A stretch of DNA of 64,000 nucleotides from Nitrospirota bacterium. Lineage in GTDB: Bacteria; Nitrospirota; Nitrospiria; Nitrospirales; NS-4. Numbering within the stretch: position 1 is the first letter of the stretch; the number at the start of each line of letters is the position of its first letter. Location: positions 576,001 to 640,000 of the forward strand of contig CAWBGA010000017.1 in the NCBI GenBank assembly GCA_963788195.1, read 5' to 3'. A program made the translations under genes and the position numbers. This document shows, in pieces, positions 12,598 through 22,573 of this stretch. The notes beneath the pieces were generated by a model. It did not search any database, had not been told where the DNA came from, and saw only the letters and a program-made list of their open reading frames with translations.

Positions 12598-14079
12598 TTA
12601 TTTCACCGCCCAGCCGTAGTATTCGTGGCTCGGCGCCGGGCCTTGGTCCAGGTAGGCCATTTTTATCTTGCTGATATAGTCCTTTGGAATTTCGTTCAGC
12701 CTCGCCTTCACATCCACCCCATAGACTTTCGCGCCGTTCAATCCGAAGATCTTCTCCTTTACCTGGCGGGTCAATTTGGGATAGCCGTGCTTTTCGATAA
12801 GCCGATCGGGAATCTGAAAGCGGCGAAATGCTTCGATCTGCCATTGCGGCGACCCGTACCATATGGAATCCGTTCCCCAGATCACATGCTCGTCGCCGAA
12901 TGCCAATAGAATTTGCCCGAGCCAGTGCGCGCAGATCTCCGGATTGATGCTCGCGAGCTGTCCGAATGAGTTGCCGATCTCCATATAAATATTCTTGATG
13001 CCCGGCTCCTTCTGCTTCATTCGGCAAAACTCGGTCGTCCACGCGATATTCCCGGTCTTCTTGAATTCGTCCTCGGCCATATCCGCATTTTTCAGGGCGG
13101 CATGGTAGACCATGAAAGACATGTCCGGAAAATCCTTCGCGGCCTTAATCATGTCGCGAGGGTGATTGTAGTCGGCATCGGGTCCGAGCGGCAGACCCTT
13201 GTGGGCGCACACGCGGCGTAGGCCAAGCTTTCGCGATTCTTCCAGGATCGGATAGGCGACCTTTTCATCGTCCATCCACCAGCCCTTCTCAAACCCCTTC
13301 CCTGGATAGCCCGTATACAGCTTCAATGCTTCGATTTTGAGGGTCTCCACCTGTTTCGCCAATTCATCTTTCGCGACCTCTTTCAGTTGCGGCGCGGTGA
13401 AGCCGTGCGTGAGCACGCGCCGCGAGGCCGTGAGGCGATTGATTTCGTCGCGGATGTGACTGATTTCACTCGGAGGAAGCACCGCGTCTTCGGCGAAGAG
13501 GCCCGGTGGCGTGCTCAAGACTGCGACAGAGGTCTCACTGTCCAAAAACACTTCCTTGATGAAGTTGTGCCAATCCAGATCCTCCATCGTGAGCTTGTCG
13601 TTCTTCAGGTCGGGGTTCCAACCCTGTTTCTTAGCCTTTTGACGCAAGGACAGGAACATTTTCTTCGGAAGGCGCCCCGTGCGAGACGCCTGGTCTTCCG
13701 GATCGTAGTGTTTGCTCACATAGTGGGTTTGCGCGTCCAGAATGAAATACGGATCGCCCTTTCGCTCGGCGAAAGCGCCCGGCTCAACCGCTTCCACCTC
13801 AAGCACGTCGAAGAATTTTCCGAAGACGGAGTTCATCGTCAACAGGGCGAGCGCAATGCCGCCGCTTGTCTTGAGAAAATCCCGGCGGTCCATTCCGAGC
13901 GAGCGACTAAGAGGCTCGCTTCGCAGGTCGATTAATTGCTCGACAAGCGCCTGCTGCGTCGTCTGCGGCGGCGGCTGGAATTCCTCATTGGACACGATGC
14001 GACAGGGAAGCGGCGAGCTCGAGACACCACCCCGTTGCAAGTTCGGTGATCTGCGGAACCGGTAGGGATTCTGCGCCAT
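12598..14079 (-). CDS. Amidohydrolase family protein
   Basis: DAQTH, HKG, YH, WGTDSIWYG motifs; RRDFLK Tat-like segment. Confidence 0.85.
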   Translation of the reverse strand: MAQNPYRFRRSPNLQRGGVSSSPLPCRIVSNEEFQPPPQTTQQALVEQLIDLRSEPLSRSLGMDRRDFLKTSGGIALALLTMNSVFGKFFDVLEVEAVEPGAFAERKGDPYFILDAQTHYVSKHYDPEDQASRTGRLPKKMFLSLRQKAKKQGWNPDLKNDKLTMEDLDWHNFIKEVFLDSETSVAVLSTPPGLFAEDAVLPPSEISHIRDEINRLTASRRVLTHGFTAPQLKEVAKDELAKQVETLKIEALKLYTGYPGKGFEKGWWMDDEKVAYPILEESRKLGLRRVCAHKGLPLGPDADYNHPRDMIKAAKDFPDMSFMVYHAALKNADMAEDEFKKTGNIAWTTEFCRMKQKEPGIKNIYMEIGNSFGQLASINPEICAHWLGQILLAFGDEHVIWGTDSIWYGSPQWQIEAFRRFQIPDRLIEKHGYPKLTRQVKEKIFGLNGAKVYGVDVKARLNEIPKDYISKIKMAYLDQGPAPSHEYYGWAVK

Positions 14080-14176
14080 GGTGACGTCCTATGGGTAGCG
14101 TATCTCCCCATAAGCGTCTACGCAACTGAGGTATCAGTCTGCATTACCAACGAGGATGTGTGCTCACGGTTTCTCG

Positions 14177-14398
14177 CTAGGATAGCGGATAACTAAAGCG
14201 CACCACGACAGGCGCGCCCCTCAAGAAATAGATTCCGAGCACCAAGGCCCCAATCTGCGTGATGATAAACCAGGCCGTGCCCCCGCCAAGGCCTTCCAAG
14301 GAGAGCGAGATGGTAGATAGCAGCAACCAAAAGGAATAGAGCGTCATCGCCAAACCGAACGAACGGATCACAATCCCAAACGCCTCAGGTGGTCTCAT
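14177..14398 (-). CDS. Small membrane protein
   Basis: Two hydrophobic helices, GGAGG RBS. Confidence 0.6.
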   Translation of the reverse strand: MRPPEAFGIVIRSFGLAMTLYSFWLLLSTISLSLEGLGGGTAWFIITQIGALVLGIYFLRGAPVVVRFSYPLS

Positions 14399-14525
14399 AG
14401 CCTGCCTCCTATGTCTGTATTCTCACTGCAGGATACATCTTCTTGCCAAATAAGACAGTAGGAGGTTGGCCCGGACTTTCAACCCTCGGCTGACAGAAGT
14501 GAGGATAATATGCTAAACCTCGGCC

Positions 14526-15059
14526 ATGGCTCAGCAGTCCGTCTACGTTTCGTTTATCAAGCGTAACCACTATTTCCACGGCAAACTGCTGACAGAGAAG
14601 GACCTCGCGGACGAACAGCATTACTTCCGTGAGAAGCAACGACTTCTTAATCTCAACCTCTTCGGCTCGGGCATTGTCTCCGGCTTACAGGTGTCAGCAA
14701 GCGATCAGGCCATCACGGTGACACCCGGCATGGCCTTGGACGGCTATGGACGTGAGATCATGCTTACAGTACCGGCGACTCTTAAGCTGCCGAAGGAACG
14801 AAGTCCCCTGTGGGTCGTCGTCAAGTACGCGGAGCGTCCAGCCGACCCCGTTCCAGTACTCGGCGTTGGCGACGAGACCATGGAGCCATCCCGCATCGAA
14901 GAAGGCGTGGAGATCTCCTACGCTTCGGAAAATCCGTGCGGTCCGAAAATCACAACACCTGCAGAGTTTGAATGGATCGCGATTGCCAAGGTCATCTGGA
15001 AGGGAAAGGCCTGGCACATTGCCAAGAGTTTGCCGTGCCGGCGCCTAGGCCTGCGTTAG
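14526..15059 (+). CDS. Hypothetical protein (RNHYFHGKLLT...EQHY motif)
   Basis: Clean 177-aa ORF; N-terminal motif resembles proteins of phage-tail-like injection loci (inference). Confidence 0.6.
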   Translation: MAQQSVYVSFIKRNHYFHGKLLTEKDLADEQHYFREKQRLLNLNLFGSGIVSGLQVSASDQAITVTPGMALDGYGREIMLTVPATLKLPKERSPLWVVVKYAERPADPVPVLGVGDETMEPSRIEEGVEISYASENPCGPKITTPAEFEWIAIAKVIWKGKAWHIAKSLPCRRLGLR

Positions 15060-15101
15060 TTCTCCGAAGTATTGTAGATGGAATCGCGCCTGCCGCGAGG
15101 T

Positions 15102-15356
15102 TCAGCCCGGAAGGACCACGCGCACTTCGAGCGCTCGGATGACCTTTTTATTTTCCTGGCAGATAGGACACGTGCCCAGGGAGCGCGTAAATTCCCGGGT
15201 AACCTCAAAGGCCGACGTCGCGTTCCTGACTTGCGACGGATTGACCGTGCCGCCATCGGGCCTGCTTACCCGGCCCGCAATACAGTTATCGCAAAAATCC
15301 TTCAATTTATTCAGCTGCAGAAAATCATAGATCCGTTTTTCAACGCTGGCTAACAC
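15102..15356 (-). CDS. Hypothetical protein with two CxxC motifs
   Basis: CDNC...CPIC, GAGGAGG RBS. Confidence 0.55.
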   Translation of the reverse strand: MLASVEKRIYDFLQLNKLKDFCDNCIAGRVSRPDGGTVNPSQVRNATSAFEVTREFTRSLGTCPICQENKKVIRALEVRVVLPG

Positions 15357-15381
15357 GCCAATAGTCCTCCTCGGTCAGACC

Positions 15382-15837
15382 CTATTTTGGTCTGACCATG
15401 TCATGACAAAAACTTTTAAAGAGATCGAGCGGCAACCCTGCAGCCCGCCATGCGTGTTGCACTTTTTTAAATTCCCCTTCGGTCACATTGAGGACCCAGG
15501 TAGACGTATCGTCATGATGAGCAAACTTGGGGATTATGTCTTGGCTCTGTACCAAAGCGATCGGTTGAAGATCAAGAAACAGCTGAAACTCCTCTGTGTC
15601 ATTGCTTTCCATGCCGCTCAAGATTTTCTTGACCATGGCCGCTATGAAGACTTCCTTTTGCCGGTGGCCTTCCGGCAGCGGCCCGTCTGTATGGTGGCGG
15701 CAGAACTCTCCCACGGCGACGGCTGTGACGAGTATTGCTTTCTTGAGGAACGAAACCTCGGCATTCGTAAAATACCTCTGATTGATGGTATACAGCATCG
15801 GGCCAAGAATGACTTTCGCCGCTGGACCTTCCCGCAT
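15382..15837 (-). CDS. Hypothetical protein
   Basis: AAGAGG RBS; upstream TTGACA-17-TAAGAT (15937-15909). Confidence 0.5.
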   Translation of the reverse strand: MREGPAAKVILGPMLYTINQRYFTNAEVSFLKKAILVTAVAVGEFCRHHTDGPLPEGHRQKEVFIAAMVKKILSGMESNDTEEFQLFLDLQPIALVQSQDIIPKFAHHDDTSTWVLNVTEGEFKKVQHAWRAAGLPLDLFKSFCHDMVRPK

Positions 15838-15966
15838 CTGTATTCCTCTTGTAGGCTGAGCCGGTTCCCCTGCCGTCGCTGCCTCTGTTGCTCATATGTA
15901 CTGATGTAATCTTAGGTACTTATCGAAGAGCTGTCAAGTTCAGGCCGCCTCTCAGTGCTCTGCGCT

Positions 15967-16155
15967 TGTCATTCTGAGTCCTTCGCCGTCATCCTGAAAT
16001 CCTTCGGCTGTCATGCTGAACCCTTCGCTTGTCATGCTGAACGAAGTGAAGCATCTGTTTTGGACCTCAGGATAAACTCCGTGAAGCATCTCGATTGCGC
16101 CTCAGGATAAACTCCGTCAAGGACTTTAGACCCTTCGCTTCGATCAAGAGTGACA
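15967..16155. repeat. Nested cluster of family-A REP-like palindromes
   Basis: Four (T/C)GTCAT.CTGA starts at 20-22 nt spacing, two CTCAGGATAAACTCCG units, inverted copy AGACCCTTCG...GTGACA at 16128-16155. Confidence 0.85.
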
Positions 16156-16202
16156 CCGTGAGAAGGCGACAATGAATTGTCCCAGTCCGGCGAAGGAAGA
16201 AG

Positions 16203-16604
16203 CTACGCCAGGAAGGCGTCCAGCGACATGGCGGTGTTTGGGAAAGCTCTAAGAATCTGACGGTCAGCAGTCACGAGAGGTATTGCCAGATCCTGGGCTA
16301 CGGCCACAAACTCGCAATCATACGAAGAACACACTGAAGCCGCGGCCAACCGGAGCACACGATCGGTGCTGGCCGGGTATTCACGCCCGCTCATCCAGGA
16401 TTCAGCTTGGTGGGCTATCTCTCGCGCGATATCCACCGTGAGATTGCGTTGTCGAATGAGGCCCACGAGCACGCTCCGGAATTCGGAGCGCCAGAGCGGC
16501 GGAGTGATCCACTGAGCATCTTGTTCAAAGACTGCCTCAGCCTGAGCAGTCAGCCCACCCGGCACAAGAAGATATACCAGCAGGTTGGTATCCACGACGA
16601 TCAT
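16203..16604 (-). CDS. vapC: VapC/PIN toxin
   Basis: IVVDTN...SEF...YD..F...LVTAD PIN motif. Confidence 0.9.
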   Translation of the reverse strand: MIVVDTNLLVYLLVPGGLTAQAEAVFEQDAQWITPPLWRSEFRSVLVGLIRQRNLTVDIAREIAHQAESWMSGREYPASTDRVLRLAAASVCSSYDCEFVAVAQDLAIPLVTADRQILRAFPNTAMSLDAFLA

Positions 16605-16843
16605 AGGCGACCGGCGCTCTTGAACTGCTTTAAACGGCGTTCCGTGATCGGCGACCCCTTTACCAATCTGCGAACTTCCCGTGCCCCTGCCAGAAACGCC
16701 TGTGGGTCCAATGGAACGGCCCCAGTGGACTGGTCCAAGGAGATGATCACTTCTTGATTGAGACTTCGCCTATGTTCAATCGCCCTCAGCTTCAACCGGC
16801 GAAACAGAGCTTCGGGAATATTCTTGATTGTGATGGTCGCCAT
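16601..16843 (-). CDS. FitA/Arc-like RHH antitoxin
   Basis: MATITIKNIPEALFRRLKLRA...RSLNQEV; overlaps toxin start; TTGACG-17-TAGGAT promoter and IR 16858-16887. Confidence 0.85.
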   Translation of the reverse strand: MATITIKNIPEALFRRLKLRAIEHRRSLNQEVIISLDQSTGAVPLDPQAFLAGAREVRRLVKGSPITERRLKQFKSAGRL

Positions 16844-16980
16844 AGCATTCCCTTTAGTGGTTCCATAACGGTTCCGTAATGGAACCATCCTACCTTGACC
16901 TGTCACGCGCGTCAAGCCTTCTCGACTGTCAGTTTCTTCCGAGACTCCAGTCGCGGAGGTTCGGCCAGCCATATGCGGTT

Positions 16981-17027
16981 AGACCCTTCACTTCGTTCAG
17001 GGTGACAAGAAGAGGGTTGCGGTGACA
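16981..17027 (-). repeat. Family-A repeat (reverse) with stutter
   Basis: AGACCCTTCACTTCGTTCAGGGTGACA plus a second GGTGACA 20 nt on. Confidence 0.8.
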
Positions 17028-17127
17028 AGGAGATCATCAAATTATGCGGAACGCACCGGCCCCTGAGGGTTCGTCGAATGGGCAGACTGGCCAGCGGTGA
17101 GGGGAAACGGGTGGTTTCAACAGGAGG

Positions 17128-17997
17128 CTACTGAGCCCCGGACGTCGCGCCTCCGAAGGTGTCGCAGGCGGCAGGGTCTCCCGTCTCCAGGCCACGGCGC
17201 AGCCATTTCACGCGCTGCTCCGATGACCCATGCGTCCAACTCTCCGGCTGGACGTATCCCTGAGTCATGCGCTGCAGCCGGTCGTCCCCAATGGCGGACG
17301 CGGCCCGCAACCCCTTCTCAAAATCGCCCGGCTCGATGAGATTTCGGTCACGCTGAGCATGGTAGCCCCAGACACCCGCATAACAGTCGGCTTGTAACTC
17401 GAGGCGTACAGAGACGGCCTGCGCGGCGGACGACGTTTGCCGTTGCAGGCGATTGGCGCGGTCGAAGGTCCCCAGCAGGTTCTGAACGTGATGGCCGACT
17501 TCATGCGCGATCACATAGGCCTGGGCAAATTCCCCGGGTGCGCCCAAGCGATTGGCGAGCTCGTTGAAAAACGACAGGTCCAGATATATCTTCCGATCCC
17601 TCTGGCAATAGAACGGCCCGACCGCCGCGGAACTCAAGCCACACGCCGATTGGACGGCGCCGGTGAAGAGGACTAACCGCGGCTCCTCATAGTCACGGCC
17701 CAGGCTCGGGAGCACCGCCTTCCAGGTATCTTCGGTATCCGCGAGCACGACCGAAGCAAATCTCCCCAGCTTATCGGCCGGCGGACCAGATGACTGCGGC
17801 GCTTGCACCGGCGAGGAAGTCATCTCCTGCCCCGACTCGATCATATTCAGCAGCGTGAGCGGATTCGTCCCTGTGATGAAGCTCACGACGAGCACGAGCA
17901 GAAGCCCGCCCCCGCCGATCGCAAGACCACCCCTGGCAGGTCCCATTCCGCGCCGATCTTCGACATTCCCGCTTTCTCGCTGTCCCCCCCAACGCAT
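17128..17997 (-). CDS. YpfJ-like neutral zinc metallopeptidase
   Basis: RESGNVEDRR, GPFYC, AHEVGHHVQ, ELQADC, THGSSEQR. Confidence 0.9.
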   Translation of the reverse strand: MRWGGQRESGNVEDRRGMGPARGGLAIGGGGLLLVLVVSFITGTNPLTLLNMIESGQEMTSSPVQAPQSSGPPADKLGRFASVVLADTEDTWKAVLPSLGRDYEEPRLVLFTGAVQSACGLSSAAVGPFYCQRDRKIYLDLSFFNELANRLGAPGEFAQAYVIAHEVGHHVQNLLGTFDRANRLQRQTSSAAQAVSVRLELQADCYAGVWGYHAQRDRNLIEPGDFEKGLRAASAIGDDRLQRMTQGYVQPESWTHGSSEQRVKWLRRGLETGDPAACDTFGGATSGAQ

Positions 17998-18366
17998 ATG
18001 CCACCTCGCTGTGTACTCAGGCCGTGAAGGCTACTATCACATCCGGCATTCCTGAAGTCCACTTCCGTAGGGAGGAGCGCTCCCAGCGCCAGCGCCGAGG
18101 GGGCCGGCTCAATTGCGAATGTGCTGTTCCAGCTTTTACCAGGAAGACTAAGTCACTTCTGCAGTGCGAGAGTGGGTACCAGACTCCTCTGTGTACCCTG
18201 TGCTATGGCAGGTAGTGGCAACCGGAGGTAATCGGTATGAGTAGATTGATCGGATCGAGCGCGGTGTCCATGCTGAGTATTACAATAGCCTCGGCAGCTT
18301 CAGAATATCCGCGTCCTGAAGATGTTAAGGCCTGTTCACTATTGCTCACCGATGGCCGCGAAGTCT

Positions 18367-18732
18367 TTACTTTTTTTCCGCGCCCTTGGGCTCGTCCATT
18401 GCACCTTGTGCGCTCTCCGACAACTTCAGGTTGACCGCCAGGTGTTCAGGACCGATCTCCGCTTCGACCTTATCTCCAACTTTCAGCGCCCGTTCCATTT
18501 TCGTGTCTTTATTCAGCTTTAGCCGAACCTGCCCGCCACCCTGGGTCCCTAGCACGACTGCCTCCGGCTCTATCGTAAGGACCTGGCCTTGGACGCTTGC
18601 CGCCGAAGGCTCTGGGGCGGGAGCAACAGCGCCGGGCTTGGAAGCAGGTTCCGCAGCCCACGCGATGCCGGACACTCCGGCGCAGCCCAGAAGAGCTGCC
18701 ATCGCAATGCTTAAACGTGTATATGCCGTCAT
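18367..18732 (-). CDS. Secreted small beta-barrel-like protein (paralog family)
   Basis: Signal peptide; VQGQVLTIE...KVGDKVEA motif shared with four other ORFs in the window. Confidence 0.7.
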   Translation of the reverse strand: MTAYTRLSIAMAALLGCAGVSGIAWAAEPASKPGAVAPAPEPSAASVQGQVLTIEPEAVVLGTQGGGQVRLKLNKDTKMERALKVGDKVEAEIGPEHLAVNLKLSESAQGAMDEPKGAEKK

Positions 18733-18852
18733 GGGTCACCTCCCGGGTGAATGAGTCATCTTATCGTTTGATACCTCGAGGGGAAAAGCAATAGACAAAA
18801 CTCGTCTCTAACTCGCAAAATGTCAAACCCTCACCGGCGCTATGTCCGCCTT

Positions 18853-19030
18853 TTACTCGCTGCGCCTTCCAAAGTCCTGCACCCAGTAGTGCCGGTTCGG
18901 ATCCCTTGCGTTATAGGCATACCCCACACCGATCTCTGTGAGCTCCGGGTTCAGGATGTTGGCGCGATGACCCGGGCTCTTCATCCAATTCGCCACTGCT
19001 TTTGCAGGATCGGGCGCGCCAGGTCGCAAG
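18853..19030 (-). pseudogene. 3' remnant of a CAP/SCP-domain gene
   Basis: Minus strand reads VANWMKSPGHRANILNPELTEIGVGY...YWVQDFG*; no 5' part. Confidence 0.75.
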
Positions 19031-19041
19031 GACTGCAGTCA

Positions 19042-19290
19042 CTATACGCGTGTGCGATTGATATCCTTGACGAGCGCATGCAGGAACTCTGGAGCAAAGT
19101 CAGCTCCATTCGGCCAGATGAGAGTCCTATCCACACGAAACGAGGAAAAATAACCGGGATCCTGAAGTGGTTTAAACACTTCTCCGAAAAGCTCGGAGGC
19201 GAGATCAGCTTCGCCTTCGAGACCATCGTTGAATTTTAGCCATACTCTATGGCCACCTCGATACTTCGCTTCCACAACGTGAGTCAGAAT
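19042..19290 (-). CDS. DUF2442 protein (start uncertain)
   Basis: V.EAKY......LKFNDG...TLIWPNGADFAPEFL. Confidence 0.75.
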   Translation of the reverse strand: MLTHVVEAKYRGGHRVWLKFNDGLEGEADLASELFGEVFKPLQDPGYFSSFRVDRTLIWPNGADFAPEFLHALVKDINRTRV

Positions 19291-19294
19291 TGTG

Positions 19295-19552
19295 CTACTC
19301 CAACGGTTCAATTTGTTTGAGCGGCTTACGCTCGGAAGCAAGCCTCCAATCCTGGTCCAATTCTGCCTGATGCAGACGGTACCATTCAAGAACATGACTT
19401 AAGGCGCGGCTTGGAAAATGTCCTTCCACATGACCCGATTGCATGTAGACAATGACTTCATGTTCGCCATAGACCTCGTGAAAATGCGGGGGGCCATGGT
19501 CCCGGTAGAATATTCTGATTGAGATTCCTAGAAACCGGCTAATCTCTGGCAT
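19295..19552 (-). CDS. DUF4160 protein
   Basis: MPEISRFLGISIRIFYRDHGPPHFH. Confidence 0.85.
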   Translation of the reverse strand: MPEISRFLGISIRIFYRDHGPPHFHEVYGEHEVIVYMQSGHVEGHFPSRALSHVLEWYRLHQAELDQDWRLASERKPLKQIEPLE

Positions 19553-19655
19553 TAGACGTGTTTGCTCTGAGGGATTGGATATTGAGACACCGGCAAACTC
19601 AATCCGTCTACACTAGCTTTTCAGATTCTCGGTGGGCCCAAGAAAGGAAGGATTC

Positions 19656-19853
19656 TTACGCGTGCAGAGTTTCCGGTTTGGTCGCAAGGTACTCGAGGAT
19701 TTCCTGTTGGCGGTCCTGAATCTGAAGCAAATACGGCTTGGAGAGTTGTTCATAGTCCGCCGAGGCGTGAGTCAGCCGCGCGTGCTCCAGGAAACTCCAG
19801 AGTTTCTGAACGTCGGCCTCTGCTTGATGCAGCTGCTCGCCATTCTGGATCAC
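19656..19853 (-). CDS. Small hypothetical protein, partner of upstream nucleotidyltransferase-like gene
   Basis: GTGA overlap with upstream stop, GGAGG RBS. Confidence 0.65.
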   Translation of the reverse strand: MIQNGEQLHQAEADVQKLWSFLEHARLTHASADYEQLSKPYLLQIQDRQQEILEYLATKPETLHA

Positions 19854-20248
19854 CGCGTCACCTCCAGCAGCGGTTGTGGTTCCTGCATGCGAGTGCGGGA
19901 AAACACGTCCAGCGCAGCCTTGATCTGTTCCTTACCGATTCCTTCCGTCACCCAAAAGACGTCCGCATTATATCGTATTCGACAGGCGATGTGAGTCAAC
20001 ACGCTCACTAGTTCCTCCCTGAGGCCCCTCATTGTAAAGTCAGCCGCCATGATGACAAACACATCCACATTATTAGGCGACGGGATCGTTGCTGCAAAGC
20101 TGCCGAATAGGTAGACATGTTTGACCTTACCGGTTTTATGCAGAAGGTCAAAGACCATCCGAAACCGTTCAAATAAAAATTGCCGCCTTGGTGTGCTTTC
20201 CCCAAACCGCTCCCTCACAGCTTCTAAAGACACGACTTCAGCAATCAC
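19850..20248 (-). CDS. Nucleotidyltransferase-like (DUF6932-like) protein
   Basis: LFGSF....P.PNNVDVFV motif resembles MNT GS...DxD. Confidence 0.6.
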   Translation of the reverse strand: MIAEVVSLEAVRERFGESTPRRQFLFERFRMVFDLLHKTGKVKHVYLFGSFAATIPSPNNVDVFVIMAADFTMRGLREELVSVLTHIACRIRYNADVFWVTEGIGKEQIKAALDVFSRTRMQEPQPLLEVTR

Positions 20249-20434
20249 GTGTCGCTCCTAACTTCTGGAGCTGCTACCTCGTCTCAATCCAGAACGGCTC
20301 TATATTATGAGACTCTGCGAGCGAGATCCGTCAACTGGCGCCCGTCATTTATCAGGATCCACGATAATTGACGTAATTTTCGACTACTTTGAGCTGAAGA
20401 ACATCCACATCGAAGGGCGGAAGCTGCGGAAGCG

Positions 20435-20470
20435 CTCTCCCCTGGAGGAGGCGGGCTAGGGTGAGGGGGG
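20435..20470. repeat. Family-B repeat (CTCTCCC...AGGGTGAGGG)
   Basis: Similar copies at 24992-25033 and 37338-37380; reversed copies at 51064-51100 and 53901-53950. Confidence 0.7.
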
Positions 20471-20857
20471 CACGGCTTTAAGTGACTTCGCATGGCCGTA
20501 GCCTGCAGTGGTCACAAAGGGCGTTCTTCCATCGGCGATCTGGCCAGCGTGCGGCGTTAGTTCAGCTTCAATCTCGTCCCCTGTTTCGAATGCGTCCTGG
20601 TCGGCGCCGCTCGCCACAAATGCGTCCACATGGATACGCACTTCGTTACCTGAGGAGTCCCTGATCACGTAAAACTCTCCGTCAATCTCCCTGATCTCCC
20701 CCTTGATGACATTCTGAGACATCGTGTCGGAGGTCGGCTCCTCGCCCGCCACGAGAGTCTGCCCGACAGGGCTGCTCGGTTGATCTACGGCATACGCCAA
20801 GGTTGCCATGCCTAAACCAAGTGTCATCACGAACACAGACGCTGTGTATCGGTTCAT
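20456..20857 (-). CDS. Secreted protein (paralog family)
   Basis: Signal peptide; IKGEIREIDGEFYVIRD.SGNEV...GDEIEA. Confidence 0.7.
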   Translation of the reverse strand: MNRYTASVFVMTLGLGMATLAYAVDQPSSPVGQTLVAGEEPTSDTMSQNVIKGEIREIDGEFYVIRDSSGNEVRIHVDAFVASGADQDAFETGDEIEAELTPHAGQIADGRTPFVTTAGYGHAKSLKAVPPSP

Positions 20858-21099
20858 TTAGGCCTCCGTTAGTACCATTCACCGTCGTAGGACAAATTAT
20901 TCTACCTAAGCTAAGATCCCTGGTCAATATTCAATACGCTTATCAACGCGTATCAAAGCACGCGGGGTCTGGCTCTCTTTTCGTAGCGAAGGATGTATTT
21001 TAAATTTGGCGGCGGGCGATCAAGAAAATTACCTGAAGCAGATTAAGTGATCATGACTTGTTAGATGGGACCGGAATATAAATCTGTCCCGGGTTCCTG

Positions 21100-21867
21100 T
21101 CAGTCGCGCTGCCCTAACAGCGACGTAATGGCCTTTATCGTCTTTTGATTCTCAGGCGTATCTGGTAACAGGACTAAGGCTTGCTCAAATTCTTTCCTTG
21201 CCGCGAGGACATCGCCTTTCTTGGCCAGCGCGACCCCCAGGTCGGTATGGGCGTTCACATTGTCGGGGTCGAGGCGCAGCGCGGTGCGGAGTTCGGTGAT
21301 TGCTCCCGCTAGATCGCCTTTCTTGATCAGCGCGACCCCGAGGTTGGTATGTGCGTCCACATGGTCGGGGTCGAGGCGCAGCACGGTGTGGAATTCAGTG
21401 ATGGCCCCCTCCCGGTCCCCTGTGTCGGCCAGCGCGACCCCGAGGTTATAGTGGGCTGGCACATTATTAGGGTCGAGGCCTATCACGGTGCGGAATTCGG
21501 TGATGGCCCCCTTCAGATCGCCTGTGCTGTAGAGCGCGAGTCCGAGGTTGTAGTGGGCGAGCACATTGTTGGGCTCGAGGCCTATCACGCTGCGGAATTC
21601 ACCGATGGCCCCCTCCGAATCGCCCTTGTCGGCCATCGCAAGCCCACGGTTATAGTAGGCGTTCACATAGGTGGGGTCGAGGGCTATCGCGGTGCCGAAT
21701 TCGGTGATTGCGCCCGCGAGATCGCCTTTCTCCTGGAGTTTAACGCCTCGGTCGACGTGGTCTTTTGCGGTGCCAGGCAACCCATCCCGAGAAACCCCAG
21801 TGGTTGCGCAGCCAGACTGTTGTAAAAAGACACCTACGACTAGCGCCACCATCAAGAAATATCTCAT
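21100..21867 (-). CDS. TPR-repeat lipoprotein
   Basis: About six 34-aa TPR units (AHYNLG.AL...GD..GAI.EF...LDP) visible as 102-nt DNA repeats; lipobox SGC. Confidence 0.9.
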   Translation of the reverse strand: MRYFLMVALVVGVFLQQSGCATTGVSRDGLPGTAKDHVDRGVKLQEKGDLAGAITEFGTAIALDPTYVNAYYNRGLAMADKGDSEGAIGEFRSVIGLEPNNVLAHYNLGLALYSTGDLKGAITEFRTVIGLDPNNVPAHYNLGVALADTGDREGAITEFHTVLRLDPDHVDAHTNLGVALIKKGDLAGAITELRTALRLDPDNVNAHTDLGVALAKKGDVLAARKEFEQALVLLPDTPENQKTIKAITSLLGQRD

Positions 21868-22203
21868 GGATCGCCTTCACCTGCGCCCAGTTGTTGTACC
21901 ACCTTCAATGTTAGTCATGCACACATCGGCTGCGGCTCGATCGTCTCTAGAGCCGGCGGTAGGGCCTGATTATACGCCTGCCGCCAGCGTTTTATCAGCA
22001 CCTTCGCTTGCCGAAGAGCGACGTCCCATAAAACAGCTGCACCTTAAGACACTGGAGAGCATGGCCACGCCTGTTGCGTGAAAGCATATAGCGCGTGCCT
22101 ACGCCCACCCCAACTAGAGGTTGATATGCCAAATTGGCATTTCAAGTTCTCGAACTTTTCTGGGGTTAGTGGACCGACCGGGAAGAATTAGCGGGAGCTG
22201 TGA

Positions 22204-22312
22204 CGCGGGGTCTGGCTCGCTTTTTATTCTGATGAAAAGGTGCCTGACCCGCTTCTTGTGCCCCAGTTCGACGCTCAGGATAAACTCCGAGAAGGATCTA
22301 GGTTTCAGAATT
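22204..22312 (+). repeat. Composite of family-C palindrome and family-A right half
   Basis: GGGGTCTGGCTC...GAAAAGGTGCCTGACCC then TTCGACGCTCAGGATAAACTCCGAGAAGGATCTAGGTTTCAGAATT. Confidence 0.75.
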
Positions 22313-22372
22313 CAGTGACAGGGCGGATGCGAAGAATTATCGTAAGCGAATCTTGAACAGCAGCAAAACAAC

Positions 22373-22573
22373 TTACTCTTGGCGTTTAGCAATCAGCCTT
22401 CGAACCGCTGGGACCAGATCCTTCGGCACTCCCATCAGCGTTTGACTGTTGTCCTCAAAAGCTGCTTCATCCTCTGCAACCGCTTCTTCTTGGGTCTGCT
22501 CTTCATAAGATTGCAGTACGCGCCGTACCCGGTCTTCGTCCCACCCTGGCGGGAATGTGCTTTGTTTTGTCAT
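22373..22573 (-). CDS. Putative antitoxin
   Basis: FPPGWDEDRVRRV...VPKDLVPAVRRLIA; ATGA overlap with upstream gene. Confidence 0.7.
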   Translation of the reverse strand: MTKQSTFPPGWDEDRVRRVLQSYEEQTQEEAVAEDEAAFEDNSQTLMGVPKDLVPAVRRLIAKRQE

